A stretch of DNA of 63,065 bases, filler included. It is 6 parts of 6 records of this genome, joined end to end, with 100 filler letters (N's around TTAATTAATTAA, not from the genome) between each part and the next. Parts side by side here need not be neighbours in the genome. Positions count along the whole stretch, not along the records: positions 38,669 to 44,799 come from SRR2962707_2200; positions 44,900 to 51,975 come from SRR2962707_2203; positions 52,076 to 57,759 come from SRR2962707_2208; 3 more parts are not named here. The stretch is one strand, 5' to 3'. The position numbers and the translations under genes were made by a program. Positions 38,569-52,104 of this stretch are shown here, piece by piece (the first letter of the stretch is position 1; each line of letters starts with the position of its first letter). The notes below the pieces were generated by a model. It was not told where the DNA came from, ran no database searches, and saw nothing but the letters and a program-made list of their open reading frames with translations.

Positions 38569-38668
38569 NNNNNNNNNNNNNNNNNNNNNNNNNNNNNNNN
38601 NNNNNNNNNNNNTTAATTAATTAANNNNNNNNNNNNNNNNNNNNNNNNNNNNNNNNNNNNNNNNNNNN
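38569..38668. other. Artificial contig spacer
   Basis: N44-TTAATTAATTAA-N44. Confidence 0.99.
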
Positions 38669-38719
38669 TCTTCTTCTTCTTCTTCTTCTTCTTTTCGCCT
38701 CGTTGATTCAGCTTGAACC

Positions 38720-41700
38720 ATGGCAACTGCTGGTGGAAACGCTCGCGACTCTGCGATTGATGTTGCAACTGACATCGCTGGAGCGGGGCTGCTGCCGAAG
38801 CAAGACATCCAAGCGGACGCCTTCGTTGAGGCAAACCCGCAATATGACGGCCGCGGTGTGACGGTCGCCATCTTTGACACGGGCATCGATCCTGGCGTAC
38901 GTTCGCTTGTGGCAGAGTTCGATTTGCCGTGGCGTTGACTTTCGCATTTTCTGTTTTTTTTTTTCGTGCCGCTCACTCACTGTGATTTTGCCTGGTGCCT
39001 TGTCTCGCAGGCTCTTGGGCTGCAAACGTGCCCTGACGGTCGCCCCAAGGTCGTTGATGTCTTGGACTGCACAGGTAGCGGTGACGTCAACACCACTACT
39101 GTTGTGACCCCGGATAAAGAGTCTGGACATCTGAAAGGACTCTCAGGTCGCACCTTGCGCCTGAACAGCGAGTGGTCCAATCCTTCTGGAAAGTGGCGCG
39201 TGGGAATCTTGCAGGGCTTTAAGGTTCGTGACCTCTGTGGCGTGAGCGAACCATCTGGGAGAAAGTCGCATCGTGTTCCTTCACTCATTGGATGGTTGGC
39301 AAGGCTGAACAACTTAGTTCACTTACTTCTGCCGCGACTGTCGGTTTTCAGGTTTTTAGCTCTGCGCTTGAGAAGCGGCTCAAATCTGACCGGCGGAAAG
39401 ACTGGAACAAAACCCAAGAGCAAGCATTGCAAGAGGCCCACAAGCGACTTGTGGCCTTCGATGACGCAAATCCTGACCCGGGTAGTTCACCCACTCTGAA
39501 GGCTTCCCGCCAAGATTTAGTCGATGCCATTGACGCTGTCAAAGCGCTTCAAGCAAGCTACAACGATCCAGGCCCGGTTTTTGATGTAGTTGCTTGGAAT
39601 GATGGCCAAAAATGGCGGGCCAGCGTTGACACTTCCGAAACCGGAGATCTCACCGCCGGGGTGGCCTTCACGAATTTTGCCGATGAGCGTCAATGGGGCA
39701 CTTTCTCCAACAAGGACCTCTGCAATTTTGCAGTCAACATCTACGATGATGGAAATGTGGTGTCTGTGGTTGTAGCTGCCGGTGCACATGGTTCACATGT
39801 GGCTGGAATTGTTGCTGCGCACGACCCTGAGCACCCAGAACTCAACGGCGTCGCGCCCGGAGCACAAATTGTGTGCTGCAAAATTGGGGATTCGCGTCTC
39901 GGCAGCATGGAGACAGCTCTTGGTATGGAACGTGCTGTTAATGCCGTGATTCGCAACAAGTGCGACCTTGTCAATATGTACGTGGCGGCCTGCATGCTGG
40001 GACAGGATGGCATATCGATTTACTCGCACATGATGACCTCATGGACCCCACGTGATTCATTCGGTTTTTGGTGTGCTTGTCCGTGCGACCCCCAGGTCGT
40101 ATGGAGAACCTGTTGTTGATCCATCGCATGGGCGCGTAGTCGGTGCCATTCGAGAGCTTGTTCGGCGACACGGCGTAATTTTTGTCACTAGTGCTGGAAA
40201 TGCTGGGCCGGCGCTTTCCACGGTGGGAGCACCAGCTTCCTCGTGTTCATCGGATGTGATCTCGGTGGGTGCTTACGTATCGCCCTCGATGATGAAGGCT
40301 CAGTACTCACTCGAGAAGCCCCCGCCTGCTGTGACGTACACTTGGAGCTCGCGCGGTCCAACACGACTTGCAACGACCGGTGTTAGCATCTGTGCTCCAG
40401 GTGGCGCCATTGCCACAGTGCCAACGTGGACTCTCAAGCGGAACCAACACATGAATGGCACTAGCATGGTGCGGCGATTTTTTTTTTTCTTCCAGTTGCG
40501 CCTCATGCACCCCTTTCGAGCAGTCGACAGTCGTGTAATCATTGTTCGTACTCACCGATGCAGGCGAGTCCTAATGCGTGCGGAGGCATTGCGCTCATTT
40601 TGTCGGGCCTCAAAGCGCGTGGCATCGAATATACGCCAGCGCGTGTCCGTCGTGCTGTCGAGAATACGGCTCTTCACGTCGCTGGAGTGGAGTCGCTGAG
40701 CCAGGGCTGTGGTTTGCTTCAAGTTGATGCAGCATTTCAACACGTTGTCGAGTATGCTTCATCAAATGCATTTGGACTCAAAATCAACGTGCGCTGCAAT
40801 GGGTTGTTGGGTACGTTTGCTGCTATTGTGTATTGGACCGCATTGACATCCACAATAGTCGCACTGACAGATCGGTGCATGTCGATGTGATGCACTTGTT
40901 GTGCGCCGGCTATCATGTGGCAGGTGTTTACTTGCGTGAACCACACGAGGTTGCTGGTCGCGACTCTTTCGCCGCCAAAGTGTACGCTTCCCCTGGGTAC
41001 CACCCTGATGCTCCTCAGGAGAGCAAGGTCGCCTTTGACTCTGAAGTGGCGCTTGTCCATACTCACTCTTGGCTGAAAGTTCCAGCATACTTCCATTTTG
41101 CTAACGCTCGTGGGTTTGACCTCGGGGTCGACCTACGTGGAGCCCGTGCTGCCGAACCTTCGTCGATGGTGCGTCGCTATTTAAACAATGGTTGGCCCAG
41201 CGTTAGTTCTTGTTCACTTCACGCAGGTCCGTGAGACTGACACTTATATCATGGGTGTACTAGGTGCACTACGGTGAGATCCATGGATACGACACCTCGT
41301 TGCCTCGTGCGGCCGGGCCATTGTTTCGGGTCCCCGTCACGTACTTGGCGCCCTCCGTTGGAGCAGCAGACGAACTGGCCGAGCGTGCCAGTTTCAGGGC
41401 TCCATCTGAGCCGATGCGTCACTTGTTTACAGGCCTTCGATTCAGCCCGGGCCAAATCCACCGCCGAGTAATCCATGTTCCGGCGAACGCGTCTCGTTTC
41501 ACCATCCGTTTTCGCCCGGGCGGCTCTTGGGGTGGCGGAGACAACGGAGCGAATAATCGAATCATGGTGGTGCATTGCCAGCAGCTGGTCCCACAGCGCG
41601 CACACCGCGACTCAATGCTCGAAAAGTACTTTTACTTCAGCCGCGACACGGTTGTATCCGAGCACACCGGACGTTGTTACGGCGGATACACCATGGAGGT

Positions 41701-43960
41701 GGTGTTGGCTCAGTTTTGGAACAGCTCGGTCGGGGATTCTTCGCTTGATGCGGAGGTCGAATTTTCAGGTATCTCGCCACACGTGACCGCATTTGACGGT
41801 GGCATTACATTGGAGGCTAAACAAGGCTTTGCGCGCGTTGACGTCACCGCACCACTGGGCTCGGGCAAGCAGCTTCTCACGCCAAAGGCCGAAGTCACCC
41901 ACCTCGAACGTGCGCTGCACCCTCTCCGGTACAGCATTGCCCCGGTTGAAGAAAGTACAAGCGAAACCCCTTTGACTCGCAATGCACCGACCGCCGATGG
42001 TCATCCAGTCTACGTGCTAAACCTGGAGTACAGCTTTAAGGTTGCTTCGGCCGCCACCTATGCAGTGCATGCTGGAGCTCTGTCCGAAGTTTTGTATGAA
42101 AATCCTTTCGGCTCGCAAATGCGTGTTGTCTATGACGCAAACAACCGCATTGTGGGAACTCCAGATGCATGGGCCGACGCGAATCCGACTGAGAAACTAG
42201 AAAAAGGTACCTACAGTGTGCGTGTTGCGATCCGCCACCCCGACCCTTCCACTCTCGAAGGTTTGTTCTTGATGCTCCATGCAACGCTTTTGTGCTTTGA
42301 AGAAATGCAAGCAACACCAGTCGCTTTGTTCGCTGCTGAGGTGACACTTATTCCACGATGTGTGAACTTTCTGGCAGGCATGAAATCGCTTGTTCTGAAA
42401 CTCCGCTCATCCCTCCCGAAACCGATCTCACTGCGATGCTACGCATCGCTACCCCAGTTGTTGGGAGCATCTGGACCCGTGTCGAAAGAGCCTATTGTAG
42501 GCGGCCAGACTGTGCCGTTCTTCTTTCAAGCCCCGACCATGGACGCCAAGGCTCTTGGCGAAGACGTTGCTGATGGATCGGCGCTCGTAGGGACATGCAA
42601 GTGGTTGGCCTCAGCCGAAGAGCATCCCGACGCGACCAGTTTGCGTGTGATTGTGTGTGGTGTGGCAAAAAAGCCTGCAGCTGAGGCTGCTGCAGAGGCT
42701 CAAGAGACCAAAGCCAAGGCCCGCATCGCGAAAGCAAAGCAGGCAGTGGGGGGACCCAAGCCGAAAAAACACTCTATTGAGGCCCTTCAAAGCCAGATCG
42801 AGGACGCACGTGTCAAACACCTTGAGGCGATTGCATCTGAACTGGCGTCACAGACCGTGGCCGCAGTCAAGCCCGAGGCAGATGCAGCAGGTGGTGAAGG
42901 TGGTGCGAAAGAAACCGACCCTGCCGCGGAAGCCAGCACAGCTGCTGGTCTGTGGCAAGCAGAGTTCGACCAGCTCTATGCCACTTCAGACCGCACAGAT
43001 GAGCTGACGTTGAAACTAATGGGTGCCCTGCTTGGAAAGGAAGAGGCCGTGTTGCTGGCTGTTGAAAAGCAAGTTGCCGGGTCAACGGAAAACTCAAGTC
43101 CCGTTGTCCAAGCGGCTGCAGCAGTCGAAGCATCCTGTTCAAAAGCCGCGCTCGCTGTTGGTCAAGAATGGAAGTTCCAAGACGTTGCTGTTGCCCTCGC
43201 CCGCGGAAAACCCGACGCTGCTGACGTGGACGCGGCGGAGGCGTACCGTGTGGCAACCGAGAAGCAAAAGCAGCTCTTCAAAGCCGCGTGCCTGCATACT
43301 CGCGCCTTGCTTTTGAGTGCTGCAACTGCCGGTGATGGCAAAGAAACTGCTGTGGCAACGCTAAATGCCAAACTCAAGGATCTGCTCACCAGCCCATTGG
43401 TCCGTGGCCGCTCATGTTTGCTGCATTGAAAAGGTGTTCTTGGTCAAAGGTATTTTTTTGAAGATTGTTTGGCACTGAATCTTGGCGTAGGCCAACTCTG
43501 ACTCAACCGGCGATTTGAAAGCATTAAATCTGCTCTCCCACGTCGCCAACGAGCGGTATGGTTCGGCCCTCAAGATGTCCCAAGAGATACTTGCTGTGAG
43601 TTTCTTGTTACGAATTATTGTGGGTTTGTTGCTGTTGCATGCCGCAAACAGTTTGAATGATTTCCTTTGCTCTGTTGCGCACTAGGCAATTGCATCCGGA
43701 GACAAGGCTAAATCCAAGGCCACTGGTCTTGATCGAGCTCTTGTGTATTCAGTTTTCGTCAATGCCCTGGAGAAGGTATGTTGCCGTACAAGCAAAGTCC
43801 TTCATACCATTTTTTTCCCTGACTTCAGGCACTGATTGATTGCTTTTTGTGCTGTCGCTAATGCTGCTGCATTGTTTAGCTCCCTCTACTGGGACACTGG
43901 GTTGACTACTCTGCTATTTGGGAAATTCTCCGCAAGCCAACCTGCGTCTCGAAACTGTAG
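38720..43960 (+). CDS. TPP2: Tripeptidyl peptidase II (S8), eukaryotic, 11 exons, about 1391 aa
   Basis: Exons 38720-38896, 39011-39223, 39352-39977, 40096-40468, 40564-40810, 40924-41168, 41264-42260, 42378-43399, 43491-43595, 43686-43775, 43880-43960. All introns are GT-AG, 90-128 nt, phases consistent (4176 nt). Splicing restores [19 protein letters not shown] and [18 protein letters not shown] is present. Confidence 0.93.
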
Positions 43961-44799
43961 ACTCCTTCACAAAAACACAACATTGCGAACAGCTGCATAA
44001 TCCGTCTCTGGTCTGGCCACTGCCCCTCTAACGCCATTGACACCATCAGCCGCGTGTGCTAAAGAAGCTGCCTTAATTAACTGCTACTGGTGTGCTCCCT
44101 CCCGTCCCACAGCGTTCCTGGTCGTCGCTCGCCACTCGAATGCTGCTCTGTCGAGCCAAACGTCCCAACTTCAGCCCACTCTCCAGGCTCAGACATACAT
44201 GCAACGACTATTGTTGTTGTTGTTTCGTGGCTTGGTCACCCGCTTGTAAATCAATAAACAAATGTGAACACGGCCGTGAACGTGGACGCTACACTTACCA
44301 GCATACTTCTTCTTCCTTCTTACTTGTTAGGTTCATGTATGTATTTCTGTTTTTCTTTCTCTTTTCGTGGATGCACTCTCCACGTATGTATGTTGAACAT
44401 CAGGTACGTACGTGACGTACGTCTACGTATGTTGCTCTGGCCCACAACCACAAAAAATATCTATGACGTCACTGCTTTCTCCCCTGGCTTTCCTTTCTAT
44501 CTGAGTGGGTAAAGTTCAACGCACTGTACTAACGAACTCTAAAGCCATTGTACTAGCTCTCCAGGCATGCACATCCTCCGCCTCCAGTCACACAGTTGGC
44601 GCCCTGTTTTCGGGGAGTCCTTTAAAAACACCTGGTTGTGATTGTTTGTTAATCATTTATGTTATGTGTATGACAGTGTATGCAGTGTCGTTTGATGTTC
44701 TTCCAAAATATTGGATTTCATGGCGAAGCGCAACTCGCTAATTTAGTGTTCGATCGTTGAGAGCGTATCCTCTCACCCACCCACTCACTCACTCACCCA

Positions 44800-44899
44800 N
44801 NNNNNNNNNNNNNNNNNNNNNNNNNNNNNNNNNNNNNNNNNNNTTAATTAATTAANNNNNNNNNNNNNNNNNNNNNNNNNNNNNNNNNNNNNNNNNNNN
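44800..44899. other. Artificial contig spacer
   Basis: N44-TTAATTAATTAA-N44. Confidence 0.99.
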
Positions 44900-45864
44900 G
44901 AGCGAGTGAGTGAGTGAGTGTGAGTGAGAGGCTCGGCTCGCCCAGACTTTGGTGCCAGACGCAAGGTTCCCGCCCGCTTTCGAGGACTATTCGACAGTCC
45001 GTTAATACACCCACTTCTTCACTCACCTTGCCCACACTATTCGTTATCTTTACGTTTACCTACTAGAGTTTGAATCGCTTGTTGTTGTTGCTTCGCGTGG
45101 TCGGTGCTGAAGTGTTGCTATCATTCCTTCTCCCAATCACTCGCGTACTTTTTGCGGTCACTTTTTCACCCAAGACACAGCGACACACTACGGTATGGAA
45201 CACACGGAGAAAACAACGGTAATAAACTTGGCCTGGTGGGTTCACGTCAGGCAGGCAGTGGGCACGACCGCCGTATGTCGTTACTTCTCTGTGTGTAATG
45301 CCGAGCTAAGGTGGGTACTGGATGTGTGGGGAGGAACCATTTTACTAGAGTACCGCCACAGACTGGCTCAAAGAAAAAGGGCACACACACGCACCAACAT
45401 CCGCTACACACGACATTGCAATGGCCTTTGGTGGATGGATGGCTGGGCCAGGGCCAGGGCCTGGGGAGATCACAGAAGGGTCAAGCTCAACAACTTGCGC
45501 AGGGATGTTGTATCGAGAATACCCTGAGGCCCAATCACAAGCGCGGGTAATGTGGCGTCATCGGGAATCGCAACCACGTGAACTGCAGGCCCATGACAAC
45601 CCACGCACGTAAACGAGCATACTGCAGGCAGCGTGCGCAACACCTGAAGGTCTCGAACAGCCTGGAAATTATCTGAGGAGATCAACATCTCACATTGCAG
45701 CAATACACGGCGTTGCTGCTGACAACTGGGGCTGGGCATGGTTGGCTCAGAGTTGGGAGCTTGGACGGAAAGGGAAACGAAAGGCCGGGAAACACTCACA
45801 GGTGAACGGTCCGTAAAATATTAAGTTTGGTATCGACCCAATACCTATTGTGGCGGTTCTGGAG

Positions 45865-48800
45865 TTACTTGGACGTGCACAAGCATGTGTATGCCTGCTT
45901 CAAGACCTCGTTGGAGGCAAGAGAGAGCAGAGAGCAAGCGTTGGGCCCAGAGCCAGCGCGGAAGGCGCCCTGGATGTTGGCTCGTACGGTTGGGTGTTGG
46001 ATCTTTGCTGTGCAGGCGGCCACTTTCTCTTTGCTAATGGAGTCAAAGGACACTGTCTGTTGCCCAGCGTTTTGTGAGTCCACCTTGCGCTCGGCATCGC
46101 GAATGAGATCAGTCATGTTGCCCTTGAGCCGTTCGCGCTCCTTCCGGAGCAAGTCCTGCCAATTCGCGTTATCCGTCAACATCTTCCATGCCAGATTCTT
46201 CGACACTTCCTGCGCCACCTGCTCCTCTTTCCGCCGCTTGGTGAGCGAGGCCGACCGTGCCGCCGTTTGTTCTCGCGCGGCAGCGCGGCTGACAGCGTCT
46301 GCTTGGTCCACCCGCTGTGCCGCGGCACGACGCACGTCCCGCACTTGGGCCCACTCAGTGCAAAGGCAGTGGTACAGCGGCTCTAGCGCCGCGTTGGCCT
46401 TGCGCTTGGTGTCCAGTTTCGGGCAACCCACGTCAAGCGATACTTCGAAATCCTTCGCAACGCCATCAATGTCACCAAGGCTTCTATTGTGCCACAGGCA
46501 GTTCACAATCGTAAACTGCTCCTCGCGCAGCTGGTTCCGTTCGCGGCGATATAATTCGTCCTCGGCGCGCATTATCTGCAAGCTCAACGACTGCTCTTTT
46601 TGCTCCGGGCAGCTCCCGCTGCTCGAACGGCATTGCTCCAGTTCAGCCCGCACGTTGACTTCCTCATTCTTCAGCTGTTGCACTTCCTCGGCGAGTAGGG
46701 CTTGACGGCGTGTGACTTCACTGCGCAGACGCTGAATTTGGAAGGTGAGATCCTGTTCACAGCTAGGAATATACTGTGATTTCCTCGCGAGGCATCGTTG
46801 CGTTTCTGCCTTCAACCTTGTGATTTCGTCTCGAAGCTTTGCGATGTCATCCTCCGCCTACAAATAAAATGAGGACAGTCATGCCGTCGCAATTGCACAA
46901 GTATCAGTGAAATATATCCAAAAAATCCTGTTTCGCAATTGTGCCAATCACTCTTAAAAATAAGTTGTTGATTCTCGGAGCACCAAACTCATTGCCAACC
47001 TTGCACAGCGCACACCCCTCGTTCAGCAAGCCGCCGCTGAACCCATCCGCAAACGATAGATCCGCTCGACGTTGCACTTCTGCTTCAAGAATTTTGCGCC
47101 CTTCGCGAAGCCTTTGCTGTTCGTGCGCCAACTTTTGCAATTCTGCCGCTGCCGCCGCAGGATTCGTAGCCACGTTGCCAACGTCCCCTGTCTTGTTGGC
47201 AGCAGCTAGAGCAGCAATAAGTGCCGAGATCCCACTCAAACGGCGCATAACGGCTGTCTTCCATTCTTGGTCCATTGTAATGTCCTCTTCGGCCCGAACA
47301 GCAAGCTCGATCTCGAGGCTCCGCCCATATTGTCGTAAACATGCCCCATGAACACAAGTTTGGCCATGAGCGCAGTCGCTGTCACCACCCGAACCACACG
47401 GGCGGCCCTCCTGACGAGTGGTGCAGGCGCCCGATACACACCGCTGACCGTTCCCGCAGTTTGAGGTGCTTACACAAGGGCTGGCCTCCTCCACGAACGC
47501 ACATTTTGAGTCGCATCGTTGGCTATGCCCACAGTCGGCACTTCCAAAGCAATTGGTACCAACGGGGATGTTCATTGTCGGGGCGCCACGGCCATACTGG
47601 TCCACACACCGCGACTTCACACAGAGTTGCCCATTGCCGCACTTCACTGGCCCTGCACCGAAGGAGACTGTGCCGTTCGGTGGTTTGGTGCTGTTTGTTG
47701 CAGGAGGCGGCAACATCGCCTGCAGTGCTCCGACAGCTGCGCCGCTTGGGGAGCAGTATGAGCCATGTGGCGACGCAACACACTTATTGGTCGAGAAATC
47801 ACAACGAACGCCATTTCCACAATCTCCGTTGGAATGACAAGTCGTGCTACTCGCGAACTTGCATCGACCATCGGTATCGCAGAGCATATTGAACGAGCAC
47901 TGGATGTGCGACGCACATTGGGATCCCGCTGGCACAGAAGTAGTCAGCGCATTGCCGTACTGGGGAATGCATCGATTGGCCTGGCACAATTGACGCATTC
48001 CACAGTCGAAGGAACCCAAGCAGTGAGACCCAAAAAACACATTTACACAATGCGAGTTGTGGCACTGCTGGCCGTTGCCACATTCGGCGTTGGAGGTGCA
48101 GGGGTCATACGCCTCCACCTCGTGGCAAACCCCTCCAACACATCGTTGGCCGCTGCCACAAGCGTATGCGTCAGTGCACACACTCCCGGCAGGCATGCTG
48201 AGCCCTGTGTGATATTGAGACTTGCATTCGCCCTCAACGCACGCCTGGCGTGCACCACAGGGCTGCTTAGCCTGAGGGTGGCTTTGAGATGCTTGGCGCG
48301 CAGCTTCTTCAACAGATTGTGACGAATTCACCACAACACGGGGTGAGTTGTCACAACTTGATCCAGGAGTGAGCGCGACGGTCAAGCAACCTCCCTTCAC
48401 ACACTGCTGCCCGTTGCCACACTGAGCGATTCCACTGCAGCGAAAGTGTTCTGGGATGGTCAGGCAAACGCTGGAATTAACCGGCATGCCTTTCGGCGTT
48501 GGCAGTTCCACTGCCGTGGTCAGGATGCAGTTTTGCCCAGAGCCACAGTCAAAGGGCGTCACACAACGCGTTCCGTCTGCAGGTTGAGTCCACATGCAGA
48601 AGCCGGCAAAACAAGTTTGGCTGGAGCCGCAATTGGCATGACTTGTGCAGGGCTTTCCGGTCTTGATTGTTTGACAGCGGCCGTTCGAACAGCGTTGACC
48701 AGAGCTGCACTGCTGCCCAGGTGCTACCGAGCAAGCATCGTTTTCGCGCTTTGGTGATGCCGTCCAGACGCAAATGCGGCGCTGCAGGCTGCACAATTGA

Positions 48801-51800
48801 CCATTGCCACAATCACTGTGCGAGCTGCATGGCGGGGGCACTGGCTCAAGCGCGGAGGCTTCACAGCGGTTTCCAACGCATCGCTGCCCGATCGCGCAGT
48901 TGAAGTTCGACGCGCACGGCGAGCCGCTGGAGTAGCACTGTATGAATGAGAACACGATCCACATCAACGCAGACAGGGAAGGCCAGTCCGCGAACGCAAG
49001 CACACACATAGCACAGGCACAGTCACAAGTTCGAAGGTCAGAAAATGAAATGGAATTCGCAAGCACGCCGTCTGCACACATTTTGTTGCGAAATCGTCAG
49101 TCACACATCGGAGGAATGGGTACGCACTTTTCCGAGGAGGCACACTTGGCTGCGTCCACAAACAGAACTATCGGAACACGGAGCACCGTCCGGCACTACC
49201 GCGCAACGTCCTGCCCTGCATGACTGTCCGTTTGCACAATCGCCGATCGATTCACACACACCGCCTTCCTGGATGAGTCCAATTTCGTAGAGTGGGTTAC
49301 ACACGTTGTGTTTGCACTCCTGGTTCAAAGCACACTGGGTCTTTCGTCGACCGTTCGAAGTGGCGTCATCGGCTGTTGCTGTGCAAAATTCATTCTCAAT
49401 TGGCAATCGAGTACAAAACCCAAATATGCAAGCGTCATCTCGAGCACAGTCGGCGGCAGCTTGGCATGGACGATTGACTGGGAACAACTCGTTGACAGTC
49501 CCAGTACGTTGGACCGAAGCACGCAATGTTGCTGCAGGCGTTCGGCCGTCAGATTCAGGAGGGGCTTCAAGATGGCAGCGCAAATCCTTGCACTTCATGT
49601 GATTCCCACAGTCATTATCATCAACACACTTTGTGTTGTGTGGGGTCGCAACGCACAAGCTGCCCATACAACGCTGCGCGACACTGCACTCAGCATTGAC
49701 GTTGCAAGGTACCGACGCATCGCGGCGCCCGTGGCACACCGAGGAGCCGTTGTGCACTTTTAGGCATTCTTGCCCATTCCCACAGTCTGATGTCAGTGTG
49801 CAGGCACTCCCCGGGGCTACATTCTGGCAAATGTGCTTCGCGCATCTTTGTCCAAAAACACATTCGAGAGAATCTTCGCAGGTACGGCCATACTGGGCAA
49901 ACGAACACCGACCGTTGTACCCGGCAGCCAGAGCTCGAGCCCGAGACCGGTTGTCTCGGTGAAGGGAACCCAGTGATTCTCCGAACAGCGAGTCGTCAGT
50001 CAGCAAGCGAAAAGAGCAGACCTGTCCGACTCCACAGTCCTCAGTGGCCTTGCACTTGACTGTAGATTCTGCGCCAAGAAAAACGCACTGTCCATTGGAG
50101 CACATTTGTTGCACGCCGCAGTTCCCCTGCAAGGATAAGCGTCCTCCACATTCGGTGCCTTGCGGCACGAACTGGCACAGCCCAGCTCCATTGGCTGTGG
50201 CGAGGGACATGTCCTCTGAGACCATGCTGGCTCCAGCCAGTTTCAAATGCGGCGCGGCAACGCAGTGCTGCCCGAAAGCACAGTCACGGCTTAACGAGCA
50301 AGAAGCGTTCTCGGGAAGCGCGATCCACCGGCACTGGTGCGCGATGCACTGTTGGCCGTTTCCACAGCCACGATCCGCACTGCAGGCATGGCCTTCTGGA
50401 GTCATGACGCAACGAAAGTACTTGCAGCGGGTCCCAAACCCACACTCGGCATTAGTGTTGCATTTAGACCCCACGGGGGGGCGCACACTCTCACAGCGGT
50501 CTACGTGGCAGAACTGACCATTTCCACAGTCCGCATTGCGTTTACATTTAGCATGCTCACCCACGGGTGTGCACATGCGGTGGCGGCACGCCTGAGCAAG
50601 CCCACAGTCATCACTGGTCATACAGGGACTCATAGTGTCCCCAATGGCGCGCGCAAGCAAAGCTTGCGCATCAGCCACCTGCTGTCGCAGTAGACCAGCC
50701 TGGCGTCGAAGATTCTCCAAGTCGGGGTTTTTCTACGTACATCACCCAGCAGGGAAATCAACATCGAGAAGGGCGTCAGTGCACACTGTGAAGCTGGGCA
50801 AGAAAGGGAAAAGGCAGGGGATGGATCTGCATGCTCACACTGCACATACAGGCTCCCAAAAGAAGCTGCTTGCCGGCACTCACCTGACCAAGTCGCGCCA
50901 TGTAGTTTGCTAGCTCTTTCCGTAACAAGTCTTCAAGGGCCTTCTTCCGAGCCTCGATGGCGGAAAGTGTGGCTCCTGATTGTGCATCAAGCTGGGCATG
51001 CAAGGCGTCGAGCGCTTTTTGTTGAGCAGCGGACGCAGCGAATACTTGTCGATTGCCCAGAGCGACACGCATCTGCCTCGTGCGGTCGCTCGCGCGATAT
51101 TTTTGCGTACTTGCTGCCTTCATCTCAGCAACCAAGTTCATTCCACGCTGTATTGCAAGAATGTCGCTTTGCTCAGAGACGATTTCGGCTTTCAAGCGAT
51201 TGTAGTATTCCTGGACAGCAGGAACTGACAGCACGAAGTGGCTTTGACGCAAAAGGTCAAAAATGGAGCCAGCATCTTGCTGGTGTGAAATAGCGCTGCC
51301 ACTAAAGGACGTGCGTCGACGCTGCCCTAATGTATCGGCAGCTAGGCTGTCAATTTCATCGGGCAGAACTTTCTCTCGAAGGTTTTGGGCTCGGGCGGTG
51401 TCCAGTTCATCCAGGGCTTGCTGAGACAACTCCAAGGTCTGGACGTGGGCGACACGTTTGCGGCGATCTTTGTCCATTGCCAGCACCTTCACTTCTGGGA
51501 CAACGGACCCTCGGACACCACCACCATTGCCAGTCGAGTTTCTTGCGCTCCGCGGGCGAGAGCAATCGCAGGCTGAGTTGTTTGCAGCCGAGCAAACGCA
51601 CAGAGCCTGGGTTGCGCGTTCACCCAGGGCTGTTTTACGTAGGTCATACAGCCGCTGCAAGATTACTGAGGACGTGCCCGCGACTGTTGTCGTTGATGCG
51701 CCAGAACTTGCAGGGCTTTGCTCATGGCTGTCCGGCACTAGCACCATCCCAGCTTCTCGGTGGCGACCTCTTGCACGCCCTTGGTCTCTTTGACGAATCG

Positions 51801-51948
51801 CTCCGTGGCTGCGCTCAGCCCGCACAGTCCCCACACCGACACCGAGTCCGAGACCATGCTCGAACCACGGATCTCCGCCCGAAGACAGGACAACAACAAC
51901 AACCACCACGGCAGCTACACGTGCCAGCGACAGCCGAAGCCAGCCCAT
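45865..51948 (-). CDS. Large secreted or membrane-anchored cysteine-rich repeat protein with flanking coiled coils, 4 exons, about 1866 aa
   Basis: Exons 51948-50884, 50732-49128, 48937-47000, 46857-45865 with GT-AG phase-0 introns. Splicing completes a module (VCLLGK|CYSS). N-terminal hydrophobic stretch VAAVVVVVVVL. The 3' end is less certain. Confidence 0.78.
47330..50630 (-). repeat. Array of 31 four-Cys protein modules, C-x5-C-G-(N/S)-G-Q-x-C-x4-C
   Basis: Counted by hand: 15 modules in exon 2 and 16 in exon 3. Boundaries approximate. Confidence 0.85.
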
Positions 51949-51975
51949 CACACACACACACACACACACACACAC

Positions 51976-52075
51976 NNNNNNNNNNNNNNNNNNNNNNNNN
52001 NNNNNNNNNNNNNNNNNNNTTAATTAATTAANNNNNNNNNNNNNNNNNNNNNNNNNNNNNNNNNNNNNNNNNNNN
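51976..52075. other. Artificial contig spacer
   Basis: N44-TTAATTAATTAA-N44. Confidence 0.99.
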
Positions 52076-52104
52076 GGGTTAGGGTTAGGGTTAGGGTTAG
52101 GGTT
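52076..52104 (+). repeat. (TTAGGG)n telomere-type repeat, inward-pointing, probably intronic
   Basis: GGGTTAGGGTTAGGGTTAGGGTTAGGGTT at the contig start. Confidence 0.9.

Noticed and set aside
38500..38760. Bacterium-to-eukaryote junction suggesting horizontal transfer
   Set aside because: The junction is an artificial N/TTAATTAATTAA spacer.
44073..44080. TTAATTAA resembling the spacer
   Set aside because: Only 8 nt with no flanking Ns; ordinary sequence downstream of TPP2.
52076..52104. True chromosome end
   Set aside because: Repeat orientation is opposite to that required at a left telomere.
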